Positions 1 to 22,682 of a DNA stretch of 64,000 nt are shown one piece after another (position 1 is the first letter of the stretch; every line of letters begins with the position of its first letter). A model generated the notes under the pieces. The model was not told where the DNA came from. It ran no database searches and saw only the letters and a program-made list of their open reading frames with translations. The stretch is from Macrostomum lignano (lineage: Eukaryota). The position numbers and the translations under genes are program-made. The stretch covers positions 62,001-126,000 of the forward strand of contig NIVC01001500.1 in NCBI GenBank assembly GCA_002269645.1, written 5' to 3'.

Positions 1-310
1 TTTTATTGCCTATAGCCTCGCACCTGTACAAATATAGTTTTATTGCCTAGCCTCACACCTGTACAATTATAATTTTATTGCCTATAGCCTCACACCTGTA
101 CAATTATAGTTTTATTGCCTATAGCCTCACACCTGTACAATTATAGTTTTATTGCCTATAGCCTCGCACCTGTACAATTATAGTTTTATTGCCTATAGCC
201 TCGCACCTGTACAATTATTGTTTTATTGCCTAGCCTCACACCTGTACAATTATAGTTTTATTGCCTATAGCCTCACACCTGTACAATTATAGTTTTATTG
301 CCTAGCCTAG
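1..310. repeat. About 37-39 bp minisatellite (TTTTATTGCCTATAGCCTCACACCTGTACAATTATAG)
   Basis: About 8 tandem copies. Confidence 0.95.
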
Positions 311-368
311 TTCACACCTGTAAACTGTATGATTATCGTTTTTTTATCACACATCGTCTATTACTATT

Positions 369-10433
<10,065 letters not shown>

Positions 10434-11499
10434 CCTGCAGTCTGGGAGCATTGTGCCGTCTTCCAATTCGAAGGTCGACGAGCTGACATGCCAGATGTCA
10501 CATGACTGCAGCGGGATAGACCGTTTGTGTGAGCAATACCATTTTAATTTGAGCGATTTAAATGCCACAGTGAAAATTTATACTCAAACGATTACTCAGG
10601 ACGGGACCTGTGAACTGAACATATTTATAAGATCATTTTATTAGACTTTCATTAGTCTCGAGACCGAAACTAAGCTTTGATAGGAAAAACACGACCATGA
10701 GACAGGATTGCATGTCGTTTGAAATTTGTTTAGGGTATTTGAATGATTGAATTATTCTACTCGAAGCAAAATTTGTTGATTAATTTCTAAAACTGTACCA
10801 TTCATGTACATGAAAACTTTGTTATACTTTGTACATATAAACAAGCATGTCAGATTTATTAACGCCCAATCGTTTTTATTATTGCAAAAGTAAAACAAAA
10901 TAAATGATCGATTCCCCTTCCTCCTTCTCGTTGATAAAGTACACAAATAGTGTGAAATGTACTTTTAGCTTTAATATATCATAACGATCTGTTTACTTTG
11001 TACCTGAATTTTACGTGAAATCACTTAAAAAAAATTTACGAAGTCATTTGCTTACGAAGACAGTTGAAAAAGTAAAATTATAATAAATAATAGTAAGAAA
11101 CAGAAGGTATTAGCAAACAAATTACTAGTAGTAGTGTATACAAGAGTGCGTCTGTTTCTTTACAAAATAAAAAGTTAAAAAAGGCGAAGAGGAAACACAA
11201 AACACTTGACATGCAATAATTTACACAAAAGGTGGACAATCTGATCAAAATCAGTAATTCATAGTCGAATACTTAATTTCTTCAAGAGGGACTCTGACAG
11301 TACAAAAAAACATAAAACAGGACAGGTTGAGCAATGTCAATAATAATGGCTGGCCACAATTAGCCAACATGAATAACAGAAACAGAAATTAATTTGCTTT
11401 GAAACTACTTTTTCGAATTAAATAAAAGTAGTCAGTAATCTTGCTAAGGCGGATAAAAATGCAAAAGCTATTTAAAAGACTTGGCTAAAGCAAATAGTA

Positions 11500-12150
11500 A
11501 TAAAAACGAGACAGAACAAAGACTACACAGAGAAGCAAACGGTAAGAATGAAACAGAACAAAGACTACACAGAGAAGCAAACGGTGAGAATGAGACAGAA
11601 CAAAGACTCTACAGAGAAGCAAACGGCGAGAATAGGACAGAACAAAGACTACACAGAGAAGCAAACGGTGAGAATGAGACAGAACAAAGACTACACAGAG
11701 AAGCAAACGGTGAGAATGAGACAGAACAAAGACTCTACAGAAAAGCAAACGGTGAGAATGAGACAGAACAAAGACTCTACAGAGAAGCAAACGGTGAGAA
11801 TGAGACAGAACAAAGACTACACAGAGAAGCAAACGGTGAGAATGGGACAGAACAAAGGAATTAAGACAGAACAAAGACTCCACGGAGAAGCAAACGGTGA
11901 GAATGAGACAGAACAAAGACCCTACAGAGAAGCAAACGGTAAGAATGAGACAGAACAAAGACTTGTGAATAGAGAGAATCAAACGGTGAGAATGGGACAG
12001 AACAAAGACTTCACAGAGAAGCAAACGGTGAGAATGGAACAGAACAAAGACTTCAAAGAGAAGCAAACGGTGAAAATGCGACAGAACAAAGACTCCATAG
12101 AGAAGCAAACGGTGACAATGAGACAGAACAAAGACTTGTGAATACAGAGA
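11500..12150. repeat. About 42-bp minisatellite (GAGACAGAACAAAGACTACACAGAGAAGCAAACGGTGAGAAT)
   Basis: Tandem array between the convergent NR and kinase 3' ends. Confidence 0.93.
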
Positions 12151-12243
12151 ACCAACACATGATTCAGAGAAAACAAAGAGTAAAGAAAAGGCAAGAAATA
12201 GACAAAGATCTTTTATACACAACAAAGATTATCAATTGCCAAC

Positions 12244-15200
12244 TCAAGAAAGGTCGCAACGATGCTTTTTCTTCCCAGTCTTTCTCTCCACCTGTTTGAT
12301 GGTCGGCTCAGCCGAAGCAGCAGAAGGGGAGCAGTCCACAGTAACAGGAGACCTGCTCTGACCAGCCAGTCTGTACTGACTCATAATTCGATCGATTGCA
12401 ACCGACTCAGACTCAAATTCAATAACATCAGTGGGTTGAATCCAGTTAGCATCGGGCTTGGACTGCTCAAGCATCCAGCGATATTTTCTAGCCTGCTCTA
12501 TGGAGGGCCGGTTGCCTGGCTGCTGGGACATGAGCTCGGCGATCAGTTCCCGGCACGGCTTGCTAACCCAATCTGGCAGGGTGTAGCTACCGGCTGCTAT
12601 GGCCTCGTAGATTTGCAGCACGCTGCGACCCGTGTACGGCACTTGGCCGCTGACCATGAAGTAGAGGCTGACGCCGCAGCAGTACATGTCCAGTTTGCGG
12701 CCGGAAAGCCGCCTGCAACCTGTGGCCACCTGGCGATGAGGGATGACGGATGGGCAGTCAGCTGAGCTGCTCAAGCGGTACACGCTTGTCGTGCGATTCA
12801 CAGCCATGAGGGCCAACCTCCAAAGCGCAGAGAGTGTACATGCCTAACGGTTAGACAGTCAGGGGCCGCTGTACATCCTGTGTGAGCGTGTGCATGAGTG
12901 CTGTGCCTGCGTACAGTATTGGCGCGCTTGTGTGTGCTCAGGAGTCAGTCCCGATGAAAACGGTTACCCAGGCCAAGAAGTGTTGGGCTGCGCCCTTCCA
13001 GTGCGTATGTACTCGTACTTGTGTATCAATTTTGCTTGCCATCCCGCCCCGTCCCCCGTCTCGCTCCCGGGCCAGAGTTTGTGAGAGGCGCAAGTCTCAA
13101 CCCTGGCCTAGCCCTTTGCACCCAGCCCCCGGCCCAACCTCTGTCCAATCTGGGTGCCGACCCTACCCCCTCCCTCGTTGCCCGCCTCACCCTGGGGCTG
13201 CTCGTATTGGCTGGCTGGTTGATAAGCCGGCTGGGCCCCAGGGTTTGGCTCGCCCTCTCCAGTCTGCCCCACTCCTTCCCCCTTTTTTGTGTATTATTTA
13301 AATGCTAGCCCTGAGCGGGCTGCGCTCCACGTTGGTGTCCGCTCGTTGTTCATCTGCACTTTGCTCGTTCGTCTGCATTCTGGTTGTTCGTTCGCTTAAC
13401 TGTTGTGATCGATTGCAATTTGTTCGATTAAACTGTCTGCTCTCGGCCAATAAATACTTCGTTAAATTCCAAGTATCTGACTGGAGAGGTGAGCTCGAGC
13501 TTTCGTTCTTCTGGGTTGCCGCGTGGGGCCGGGATCTGCAGGGACACCTGGGAACGGTGAACTCTCGCCGATCCCAGGGTGTTCGGTCAGGCGAACTCTC
13601 GCCGAACCGAGCGAGACAGGGTAGGAATAGCCGGGGTGAGGGCTGGGACCGGGGTGTCTCAGGCGGGGAGGGCCCGAACCTTGACCCGTCCAGCGGCCAT
13701 TAGGCCGAGACACAACAGAAGCGTCCCAGAGTCACTTGCGTCGCTGCAGATATGCTGTAGGTAACACAGGTAAAGTAGGAAAGCAGTGATTCCTAGATAA
13801 CTCTAAAGCAACAAGATGTCACGGTGCAAGTCACCAAAGAGTCGTCAAACAGTCGCCTAAGAGTCAATTTGAAGCGTTTTATTGTCCGCGACTTTAAAAC
13901 GACTCTGAGACGACGCAAGTGACTCTGGGGTCGTAGAGTCGTACCTGAGGCGTGCTGGGGTCGCTTTAGAGAGAGAGAGAGAGATAAGTGCTTTCGGCGC
14001 CTCAGCCATTGATCAGGCTCTTACGCCACTAGAGATATATAGATTCCAAGTTGGGAGTGTACTAATGTACACTAAGATCCTAATTAGAGCTAAGAGGACT
14101 GTACATCGAGCCGGGCAAGCGGCGCCAGTCAGGCCGAGAGCGGGCCCTACCCCCGACCCTCAGAGCGTACGCCTACCCCAAACCCAATTGGCTTATCTAA
14201 ACCTCCCCGGGGCTGGCAGGGGTTAAGTGAACCTCTGGGGCAGCCCGTGCCTTCTCCTGGGTTAGAAAATGCCAAAAAATGGTCCGAAGACCTCCCCACG
14301 GCCGTGGCCACCCGGAGGAGCCTCCCCACCTACCAGACCCCGGGTACTCATGCCAAGACAGTCTCTTATTTTTGAAGCGGCAGGAGGGCTAATCGCCGGG
14401 ACTATTTCACCCTTTGCTTCGCCAACCCGCCATTTCTATAGTGACCGTGCCAACGGTCTCGTCCTGCTCAGACTCAGTCCTGGTTCTGGCACACTCCAGC
14501 TTTAATAGGGTCGCTGGCTGTTCGCTCAGAGGGCACTCCGAGGGGGACCGTCAGAGCACCAACTGGAACAGGTATAGGCCTGCCTTCCTATACAGCTACC
14601 CACAGCCCTTCCTGATCCACTATTACCCTCCAACCCTACCCAGCCTACTAACTCATTACAAGCTTTCGGCCAGGCAGAGACAAGTTTCACAGGTTAGGCG
14701 CCTCTATGCGAGACAAAACCAGGGGTCGCTTAGAATCACAGAGCTGCGTCTAAAGCGCATCTGCGTCACTTAATGAATCAAAATCGCATTTTGCATTTGT
14801 AACAACTCTATATATTCAACTTGAGTTAGTAGTGCTGTGCTTACACAACGACTGTTGGACGACTTTTCGCAACTATTTTACGATTCTGCAACTCTCACGT
14901 GATGGGCCCGTGACTCAACAGTCGCTAGAGTCACTAGTGAGATGTTTGCAATAACTCTATAGCGATTCTGGTCACGATAACGTGTCCACAGCCTTCCTAC
15001 GAATCATTATTTTATAATAAATCACAGGTCAGGGTTCAGGTAATCACGGATGAGGATTAAGCCCTTTGGACTCGATAGAAATTTGGGATTTTAGGACTAC
15101 ACAAGTGCTAGTTGGCTGGCTACAAAGACTTTATTTTGATACCTCGGGCGGTTGAATAGCGGGCGTGGCCTGACTGCCAGTGATGACGTCATCATCGGCA

Positions 15201-15844
15201 GAATCGGCGGTCGGACCCAGCTCCGACAGCCATTCGCAGACGCCAAAATCGGTTATTTTAATTTCGTGTACTTCTGTCAGCAACAAATTGCCAGGCTTGA
15301 GGTCTTTGTGCACCAGGCGCATGGAGTGCAGGTACTCGACGCCATTTAGTAGTTGGGCAAAATAGCAGCGAGCCTGAGATTCTGGCAGGTGACGGCAGGT
15401 AGGCAACTCGCCGTCTGACGTGTCGCTAAATGATGCAGGATCCAGGCCTTTAGTCTGCAGGTCATGCAGACTGCAGACTGCCCACTCCATCACTAGGTAA
15501 CGCTTTGCACCATCATTAGAAAGAAAATCAGCGAAGAGTTTAGCGACATTTTTATGCTCCAATCGTTTCATTGCATTGGCCTCGCGATCGACATTTTCAA
15601 CTCCGCGCGGCAGTTTTTTTACTAATCTAAGAGTGATGATCTTCACAGCCAATCGGCGCTGGTCGTCAATGTCAACGCAGAGTTTGACTTTGCCATAGGA
15701 GCCTTCGCCTAGCAGGCCGCCAACTAAATAACGATTTAGCAGCAGTTTTGGCACTTTAGTGGCATAAACTATTGGTGGGGCATCCAGCTTGGTTATCAAA
15801 TCATTTAAATTGCATGAGAATGAATCATCAGCCATTGCTTCCAT
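12244..15844 (-). CDS. STK11: STK11/LKB1(PAR-4)-like serine/threonine kinase, 395 aa. Exons 15844-15143 and 12729-12244
   Basis: LLGEGSYGKVK, AVK, HKDLKPGNLLLT, DFG and QPPE are LKB1-type motifs. Donor GAG|gtatca at 15142 and acceptor cgccag|GTG at 12729 give QPPE-VATG...GRKLDMYCCGVSLY, which follows LKB1 QPPEIANG...GFKVDIWSAGVTLY. Divergent, so it may be a paralog. Confidence 0.85.
12790..12950 (+). mobile_element. Headless copy of the same SINE family
   Basis: GCCAACCTCCAAAGCGCAGAGAGTGTACATGCCTAACG...GGCCGCTGTACA..TGTGTGAG aligns to the reverse complement of 19800-19970. Confidence 0.7.
12981..13717 (+). mobile_element. Solo LTR, 737 bp, inside the STK11-like intron
   Basis: Termini TGTTG...CAACA; 4-bp TSD GAAG (12977-12980 and 13718-13721); TATA-like TATTTAAA at about 13295 and AATAAA at 13449-13454. 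Confidence 0.7.
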
Positions 15845-17764
15845 AGTGTGTAAATAATACTGACTTAGGAAAATATAGCTAGCTCATGCAGAAATGATAT
15901 TTGAATACTATTAAATAAAAGTACATATATGCCATTTAGAAGGTAGCTTATTAGATTAAATAATTAAATAAGAGATTTTATTATTATTGTTTTTCGTTTG
16001 TTTCTGTTTCTTACATTTTTGTTTCTTGAAATTATAGGATTAATACAAATTGAGGTTACTACAAATATCTGTTAGACTCTGGCTAGTACTCGTATATTGA
16101 GCATTGTGCAACAGCCATCCAAATCTACAATTGTACAAGTCAAAAGGTAACATTAATAGGATCTATTGCTAAAATGCCAAGTAGCAATTATATTAAAACC
16201 TGAATCCTTTTAAGTTGCTTGGGCTTAGTACCTATAAAAATGCAAACTTCTTAAGGCTTATAATATCACTATATATAGCAGCATATGATATTAAGAGCTA
16301 GATTCATGCAATGCTATATAAGACAGGAAGACACAAACAAAAATACAATTGTGTATATAAAGCAAATGCTACTTTTTAAACCACTTAAGTGCAATTAGCC
16401 CAAACAGACAAGGTAAAAAAATGACTAGTTAGGGGTCTATATACTCATAAATAGACCTAAGTGCAAGGGTATGAGCAAATGGTAAAGACAAGATTAGAAT
16501 AAGGCTTATGATAAACAAAAATGAAGACTAATAAACATACCATGATTGATAGGATAAAGTTTAAAAAATTATAAGCTATATCTCATTCATAATCATTTGA
16601 ACACTTATTGATAGTTGATAGTTCAAAGATATTTGAATAGGCCTACAAACTCTGTGAAAGTCAAATATACATAACAATTATAAACAAAAATGCAACTAGA
16701 AACTTAGTTTTAATTTTAGTCTAAGTCTTAATTTTTAAACATTTAAAATTTTTTATATATTGTAATAAAGTATAGGTTGAGCTTTTAACCAGACAAAATA
16801 TACTATATATAGCATTTGTTAGCTAAGTTTAATAGATAACTCAAAATAAAATCTTGTAATTATGGATGCAAAGCTAACATTTATTGATTTATCAATAATA
16901 GCACTATTGTTTCAATGTAATATTAATAACAGTTAAAATTCTTATAATATTTAATAATAGGATTAGCTAGACTAGCCTAGATATTTGATAGGTGTTCAAT
17001 AATAGTATTTGTGTGGATATGTCATATGTGTTTTTAGTGTAGTCTAGTTTTCTATCTATAGCTTGATAGCTAAATATAGTCATGGAAATTCAATGAAGAA
17101 GAAGAATGAATTATTCTTAAGCAAAGGATTTTTTAAGTTTTTTGTTTTCGTTGATTGTAGCAGTAAGCTTTGGAGAAACACGTACAACTTCAAACAAGAG
17201 CTTCAAAGAAGAGAGCTCGAACTAAATTGTGTCTAAGAAATTTGTGATTTTAATTTCTCGCCGCGTTTTTTCTCCACTGCGGCTCTTCACGACGTTTTTC
17301 GAGCTCAAACATCGATCGATCTTAGAAACAAAATAACTGCTATTCCATAGACCATAACGAGAAATCGGTAGGAACGGTAAAAGCATTGAATTGGCAGAGT
17401 CTGTCTAATCTGCAATTATTTCTTTTCAAAAAAAATTATTTTTTTATTATAGCTACGCAATATAATGACTTTAATTCACTAATTCAGCAAACTAGATGAA
17501 TACAGGATAATACTCGTATAAGATCTCATTTGATCGGTTTCAACCGAATCACTGTTCCGTGGTGTGTGCAGTTTTCACCGCTTGATTAGCGGTGAAGCTT
17601 GATTGTGTTTTTCAAGTGAAATGGCGATTGCAGCCACGACTGCCAGGCACTAAATGTGATATCGTTCAGTTCGATTTGAAAAATTGATTATATCAAGAGT
17701 AAGGCGCAAGAACTTCTGAAGTATTGAATGTATAGACCCTGTTGAGATTTTTTTAATAGAGTTT

Positions 17765-18591
17765 TTTAATGAAACTCGCCAACTGGCGTTACCGGTAAGC
17801 TAAAGAACATCATTTTCCATTCGGACAGCCAAGCTGCCTTGTTCGCCATCAGTGGCTGCAGCAGCAATTCTGCTACAGAATCACCAACAAAATCACCCTC
17901 AAGTGGGTTCCGGGGCATGTGGGGATCCGAGGGAATGAGTTGGCTGACGCCCTTGCGAAAGTTGGCGCCTCTGGCTCCGATCTCTCGGTCCCGAACCCCT
18001 TGTCCCGATTCCTGGCTGTGTCATCGACTCGCGCATCAAAGCGTGGATCAGGACCCCGCACCGCTCGACTTGGGCGAACTGCACCACCTGCAGGCAATCC
18101 AGAGGCGCTGTCCCTCAGCCCTCTCACCAGCTCCGGAAGCTCCTCTTGCGCCTCTTGCGCAGAGACATCCGGGCTGCCACCCTTTCAGGTCACGGCTGCT
18201 TCTCTAGGCACCAGTACCTGCAGGGCAACGCCACCAACGCCATCTGCAGTTTCTGTAACTCAGGTGACGAAACCGCTGAGCATTTCGTCAGCATCTGTCC
18301 CGCCTTTACGCGAGCCAGACTCACTTACCTTGGGCCACACACATCTATTACTGAAGCGTGCAAACCCGAAAACTTAAATCAGCTCATGCGCTACCTCCGG
18401 GCCACCCACAGGGCTGAACTCTCCTTTCCAGAGAGCACTATAGCTGCTGGCGACACTGGGGGACCTCCCTGGGCGGCGCCAACCCTTCGTCCATAGCGAC
18501 GCGTCGGCCGTTCAGGGATTAGCGGAATGGGCGTTCGCGCCTTCCCGCTGTGTCCCCCCGGGACAGCCCTGCAGCTAAGTCAAAGTAAGTC
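17765..18591 (+). mobile_element. 5'-truncated non-LTR retrotransposon 3' end (RNase H plus Cys/His motif; LOA/R1-like, I group)
   Basis: SDSQAALFAI, LKWVPGHVGIRGNELADALAK, then LSGHG...CSFC...ETAEHFVSICP with frameshifts; hairpin-rich 3' UTR; TAAGTCAA repeat tail. Confidence 0.85.
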
Positions 18592-19089
18592 AAGGCGCAA
18601 GCACTTCTGAATTATTGAATATATAGACCCTTCTGGCAGCTATAAATATATAGAGTATGTTGAGATTTTTTAATAGCTAGATCTTGACTATGTACAATAC
18701 TTGACGTATGAATGTACTTGACGTAAATTAGCTCCAGGAAGGTCCCAGAGGGGATTTCTTGTAGAAAATTTTCAGATCATACAAATGTATACAAATGTAT
18801 CTCTGATGAGGGAAAATGAGTAGCATTTTCTTCGAAACCTGTTGAATTGAGTGCAGTTTTACCGAAATAGAACGCAGTTTTACCGAAATAGAACGCAAAA
18901 AGGTGTAGTGACATAGAGTCTAGAGTTGTAAATCACACTGCGTTTTCTCTTGAGACGAAGCGTACGATGGTGCAAAAACTCCACAGAGACTTAAGGCTTC
19001 ACTGTCGGCTTTGACAAGGAGCCCAACGAGCAGTTCAAAGAGCTCTGCACCCGATGCTCAGGGAGCAGAAGTCACTTGACCCAAGCGGA

Positions 19090-19690
19090 AGCGCAGGCAG
19101 AACGTGGTGATTCCGTTTGATACAGTTTTTGGCCGCATACTTTCATCCTAGCTATCCGGATCACATCAACCTGGCGGGCCTAATTGGCTTAGCGCTGGGT
19201 CACGAGATCGGCCACATGTTCCATGAAGAAATGAGAAACCTTCAAGTATCCAATGTTAATGCAGAGACCCTCTGTTCAATTTATCAACAACAACAACAAA
19301 ACCTGAAACAAGTTGGTGCCATGGTTGAGCAAAATTGACCCAAGATATTGTTGATATTAATGGGCACGAAATAGCCTACCAGGCTTTGCAGTGGCTTCGC
19401 AAGGAGAAGAGCAACAGATCGGGAGGCGGATCATCGCCCACGATGGACGTGCCCGATCCCGTGGGTCTGGGACTCTTGCAGGACCAACAGTACTTCGTCG
19501 GCGCTGCCCAGATTTGGTGCCGCAAAACTGATACGCCGAATGCGTAGCCTTCATAAGCGCGACGAGAAGCACAATCAGCAGAGACAGCATCCGGGATGAA
19601 CATGGTGACGATTTTGCCGCGGCGTTCCCGTGTCGACCTGGCGACTGAATGAACCCGATTGAGAAGTGCGACACTGCCTTTCTGATTTGA
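19090..19690 (+). pseudogene. Decayed M13 (neprilysin-family) metallopeptidase C-terminal domain
   Basis: NVVIP..YFHPSYPDHINLAGLIGLALGHEIGH (HExxH), QDIVDING, QQYFVGAAQIWC and DFAAAFPCRPGD*MNPIEKC follow the M13 domain order. Frameshifts near 19115, 19335 and about 19545; in-frame TGA near 19648; no introns seen. Confidence 0.75.
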
Positions 19691-19789
19691 CTTTATAAAG
19701 TCATCTAAAACAGCACTGGTGTATGTGTGTTTTTTTTAGAGGCAGGGGGGTTGTGTGCACCCTGGCGCACTTTAAGCGACATAGGCACA

Positions 19790-20086
19790 CAACCGGCGAG
19801 AGGCATTACTGCCCATTCCGCCGACTCCCCTGAGCAGGCATACAAACGCGCGGATACGTACGCAGGCACACACTCACACAGGAGTGTACAGCGGCCCTAA
19901 CTTTATATTATCGTTAGGCATGTACACTTCACTGCGCCTTGGGGGGTTGGCTCTCAAGGCCGTTAATTGCACAAGCAGAGCCAAGCCGAGATTCCAATTC
20001 AGCCCCAAATTAATGTGACTGCACTTGGAATCGAGCCTGGGTCGCTGGCACACCAAAGCAGCTGTGCTACCGCTGGGCTACGGCTC
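19790..20086 (-). mobile_element. tRNA-derived SINE, near full length
   Basis: A box TAGCCCAGCGG (20080-20070) and B box GGCTCGATTCC (20037-20027) in a tRNA-like head that does not form a full cloverleaf; body matches other copies in the window. Confidence 0.75.
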
Positions 20087-20919
20087 AGCGGTATGTGTGT
20101 TTGCTGATGTAACAAAAAATAAGTTGTCAAGTCAAAGTCTAGGTGCAAACCGTTTTCTGGTGGTGTTTACGCTCGCAAGGACGCAAACAACCTTATTATG
20201 GTTTCGACAGCTGACCATTTCATAAGCTTACAGTTTCACGAGCTCGAAAACTTCAAAAGACACGTCATTATTGTCAAAGTGTCTTAAGTTGTCAAAGCGC
20301 CGCTTTGAATTGTCAAAACACCCGTGTGCATGAGTGCGTGAATGCGTACGGCATTGGAGCGCTTGGGTCAGGAGTCAGAATTGCCTCAGCGCCGCATGGT
20401 GTCCACAGTTATTATTAAGATTGTTATTAAAACATAGATGAATTTCATGTACCTTTATACCTGGCTTCATTGTGGGTGTTCCTCCTGGGTCCACCCACCA
20501 TATCATCAACTAGTTGGTATGGAACTTACACGTACGTTCATTGTTCTCGTCATCAGTATAATACGTAATTGCACATCCGTAATGCTAACTAAGGTCATCC
20601 TCACCTGCACTTTTAAAGCTGTATTGCAATTAAGAGTCCTGCATTTCGTCAGAAGCCCCCTGCAGTTGCTGTCCTGGCTACGGTCTACAGAAGCATCAGT
20701 GCATTAAATTTCTACAAATATGCGCAGAGTTTAATTTCAACCCCGATTTTTGCTTGCAATTTTTGGCTTTGCTAAAAGCTTTTATTGAGAGTTTTGAACA
20801 AAACAATGGGCTGGTGAATTCTGCCTTTAAAACGTCGCAAATCATATTACAGACATTTAACCTCAAATCTTTCGGGACTAGACAAAACCATTATTTATAA
20901 TGTAATAATACAATATGTA

Positions 20920-21470
<551 letters not shown>

Positions 21471-22149
21471 GATAAAACAATGACATTGGTAGTCCTTGAG
21501 ACACGCTGATTGCACTCTTTGAACCAGAATTTCGCAGCATTTTTAGTGAATTGAATCAGTGCAGAACATTTGTAGGACTGCCGCTCGTACGTGAAATTCG
21601 CAGTGTAGCGCTTGAAAAAATTAAATCTACAAACCAATCTTGAACGGCAAAGAACGGCAAAGAATACCTTGGCTTGTCCCGCCGGTTTAAACAAAATGAA
21701 GAGCCAATCGCTGCGAGGCTTAATGAAGCTTCACGGATTAAGGTGTTTGCTAAATCATGCTTTTTTCGCGCCTGTCTCCACAACCCTTGAAAAAAGGCAT
21801 TTCCTAATTAGAACTGGCTGGGGAACGGTTGTTCCCACTGAATATCAGTACTGCGTTCCCTTTCCTCACTAATATTATCCCAGTATATGTTTAACAGTTG
21901 TAACCGCCTGGGGCAGCGCAGGCTGTAATGTTTATAGCTTGAGACGTACGCCGAAGTTGAGTTTGCTACCGATAAAACTGTTGAGCAGATAAGCTCGTGC
22001 AGGCATTTTTGTGGGATTTGTCATCGCTATTAGTGCAATTCAATTTGCGCATTGCTTGACATCCAATCATTTCTCTCTGCTTTGCTTGCATCCAGTCTTT
22101 GTAGCTGCGTGTCTCATTCACTTCGGTACCTGCTTCTCATTGGTGTCTT

Positions 22150-22445
22150 TTGTCTTCTCCTTCCTCTCCTCTCTCCTCTCTCGTCTCGTCTCCTCTCTCT
22201 CCTCTCCCCTCTCTCGTCTCCTCTTTCCTCTCCTCTCTCTCCTCTCTCCTCTCTCGTCTCTCCTCTCCTCTCTCTCCTCTCTCCTCTCTCCTCTCTCGTC
22301 TCTCGTCTCCTCTCTAGTCTCTTCTCTCCTCTCTCGTCTCTTCTCTCCTCTCTCCTCTCCTCTCCTCTCAGCTCTTCTATCTCCTCTCCTCTCTCCTCTC
22401 CTCTATTTTCTCCTTCTTCTCCTCCCTTATCCCTTTCTCCTCTGA
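22150..22445. repeat. CT-rich low-complexity tract
   Basis: (CT)n/(CTCCT)n. Confidence 0.9.
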
Positions 22446-22682
22446 CAATCTTCACTCTCCTCTCTTTCTGTTTCAACTGTCCTCATGCATTCAGCTTCGC
22501 TCTGAAACACTTGCATTTGCGTACAGGTAAAATACTATAAGAACAAAACAGCTGATAAACCCATAAAGCACTGCTTGCCAACAGTTATTAATTCAAGTTT
22601 ATTCTACCATTTTTCAATAGCGGCACACAGACTCCTTTGATTTGCATAAGATTTTTCATGGTTTCGTCAACAAGAAACTTTT

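Noticed and set aside
20020-20086. tRNA gene
   Set aside because: A and B boxes are present but the acceptor stem does not pair, and it continues into a dispersed repeat body; called a SINE head.
21475-21790. Coding-looking stretch next to the GATA array
   Set aside because: No recognisable motif or phase-consistent exon partners.
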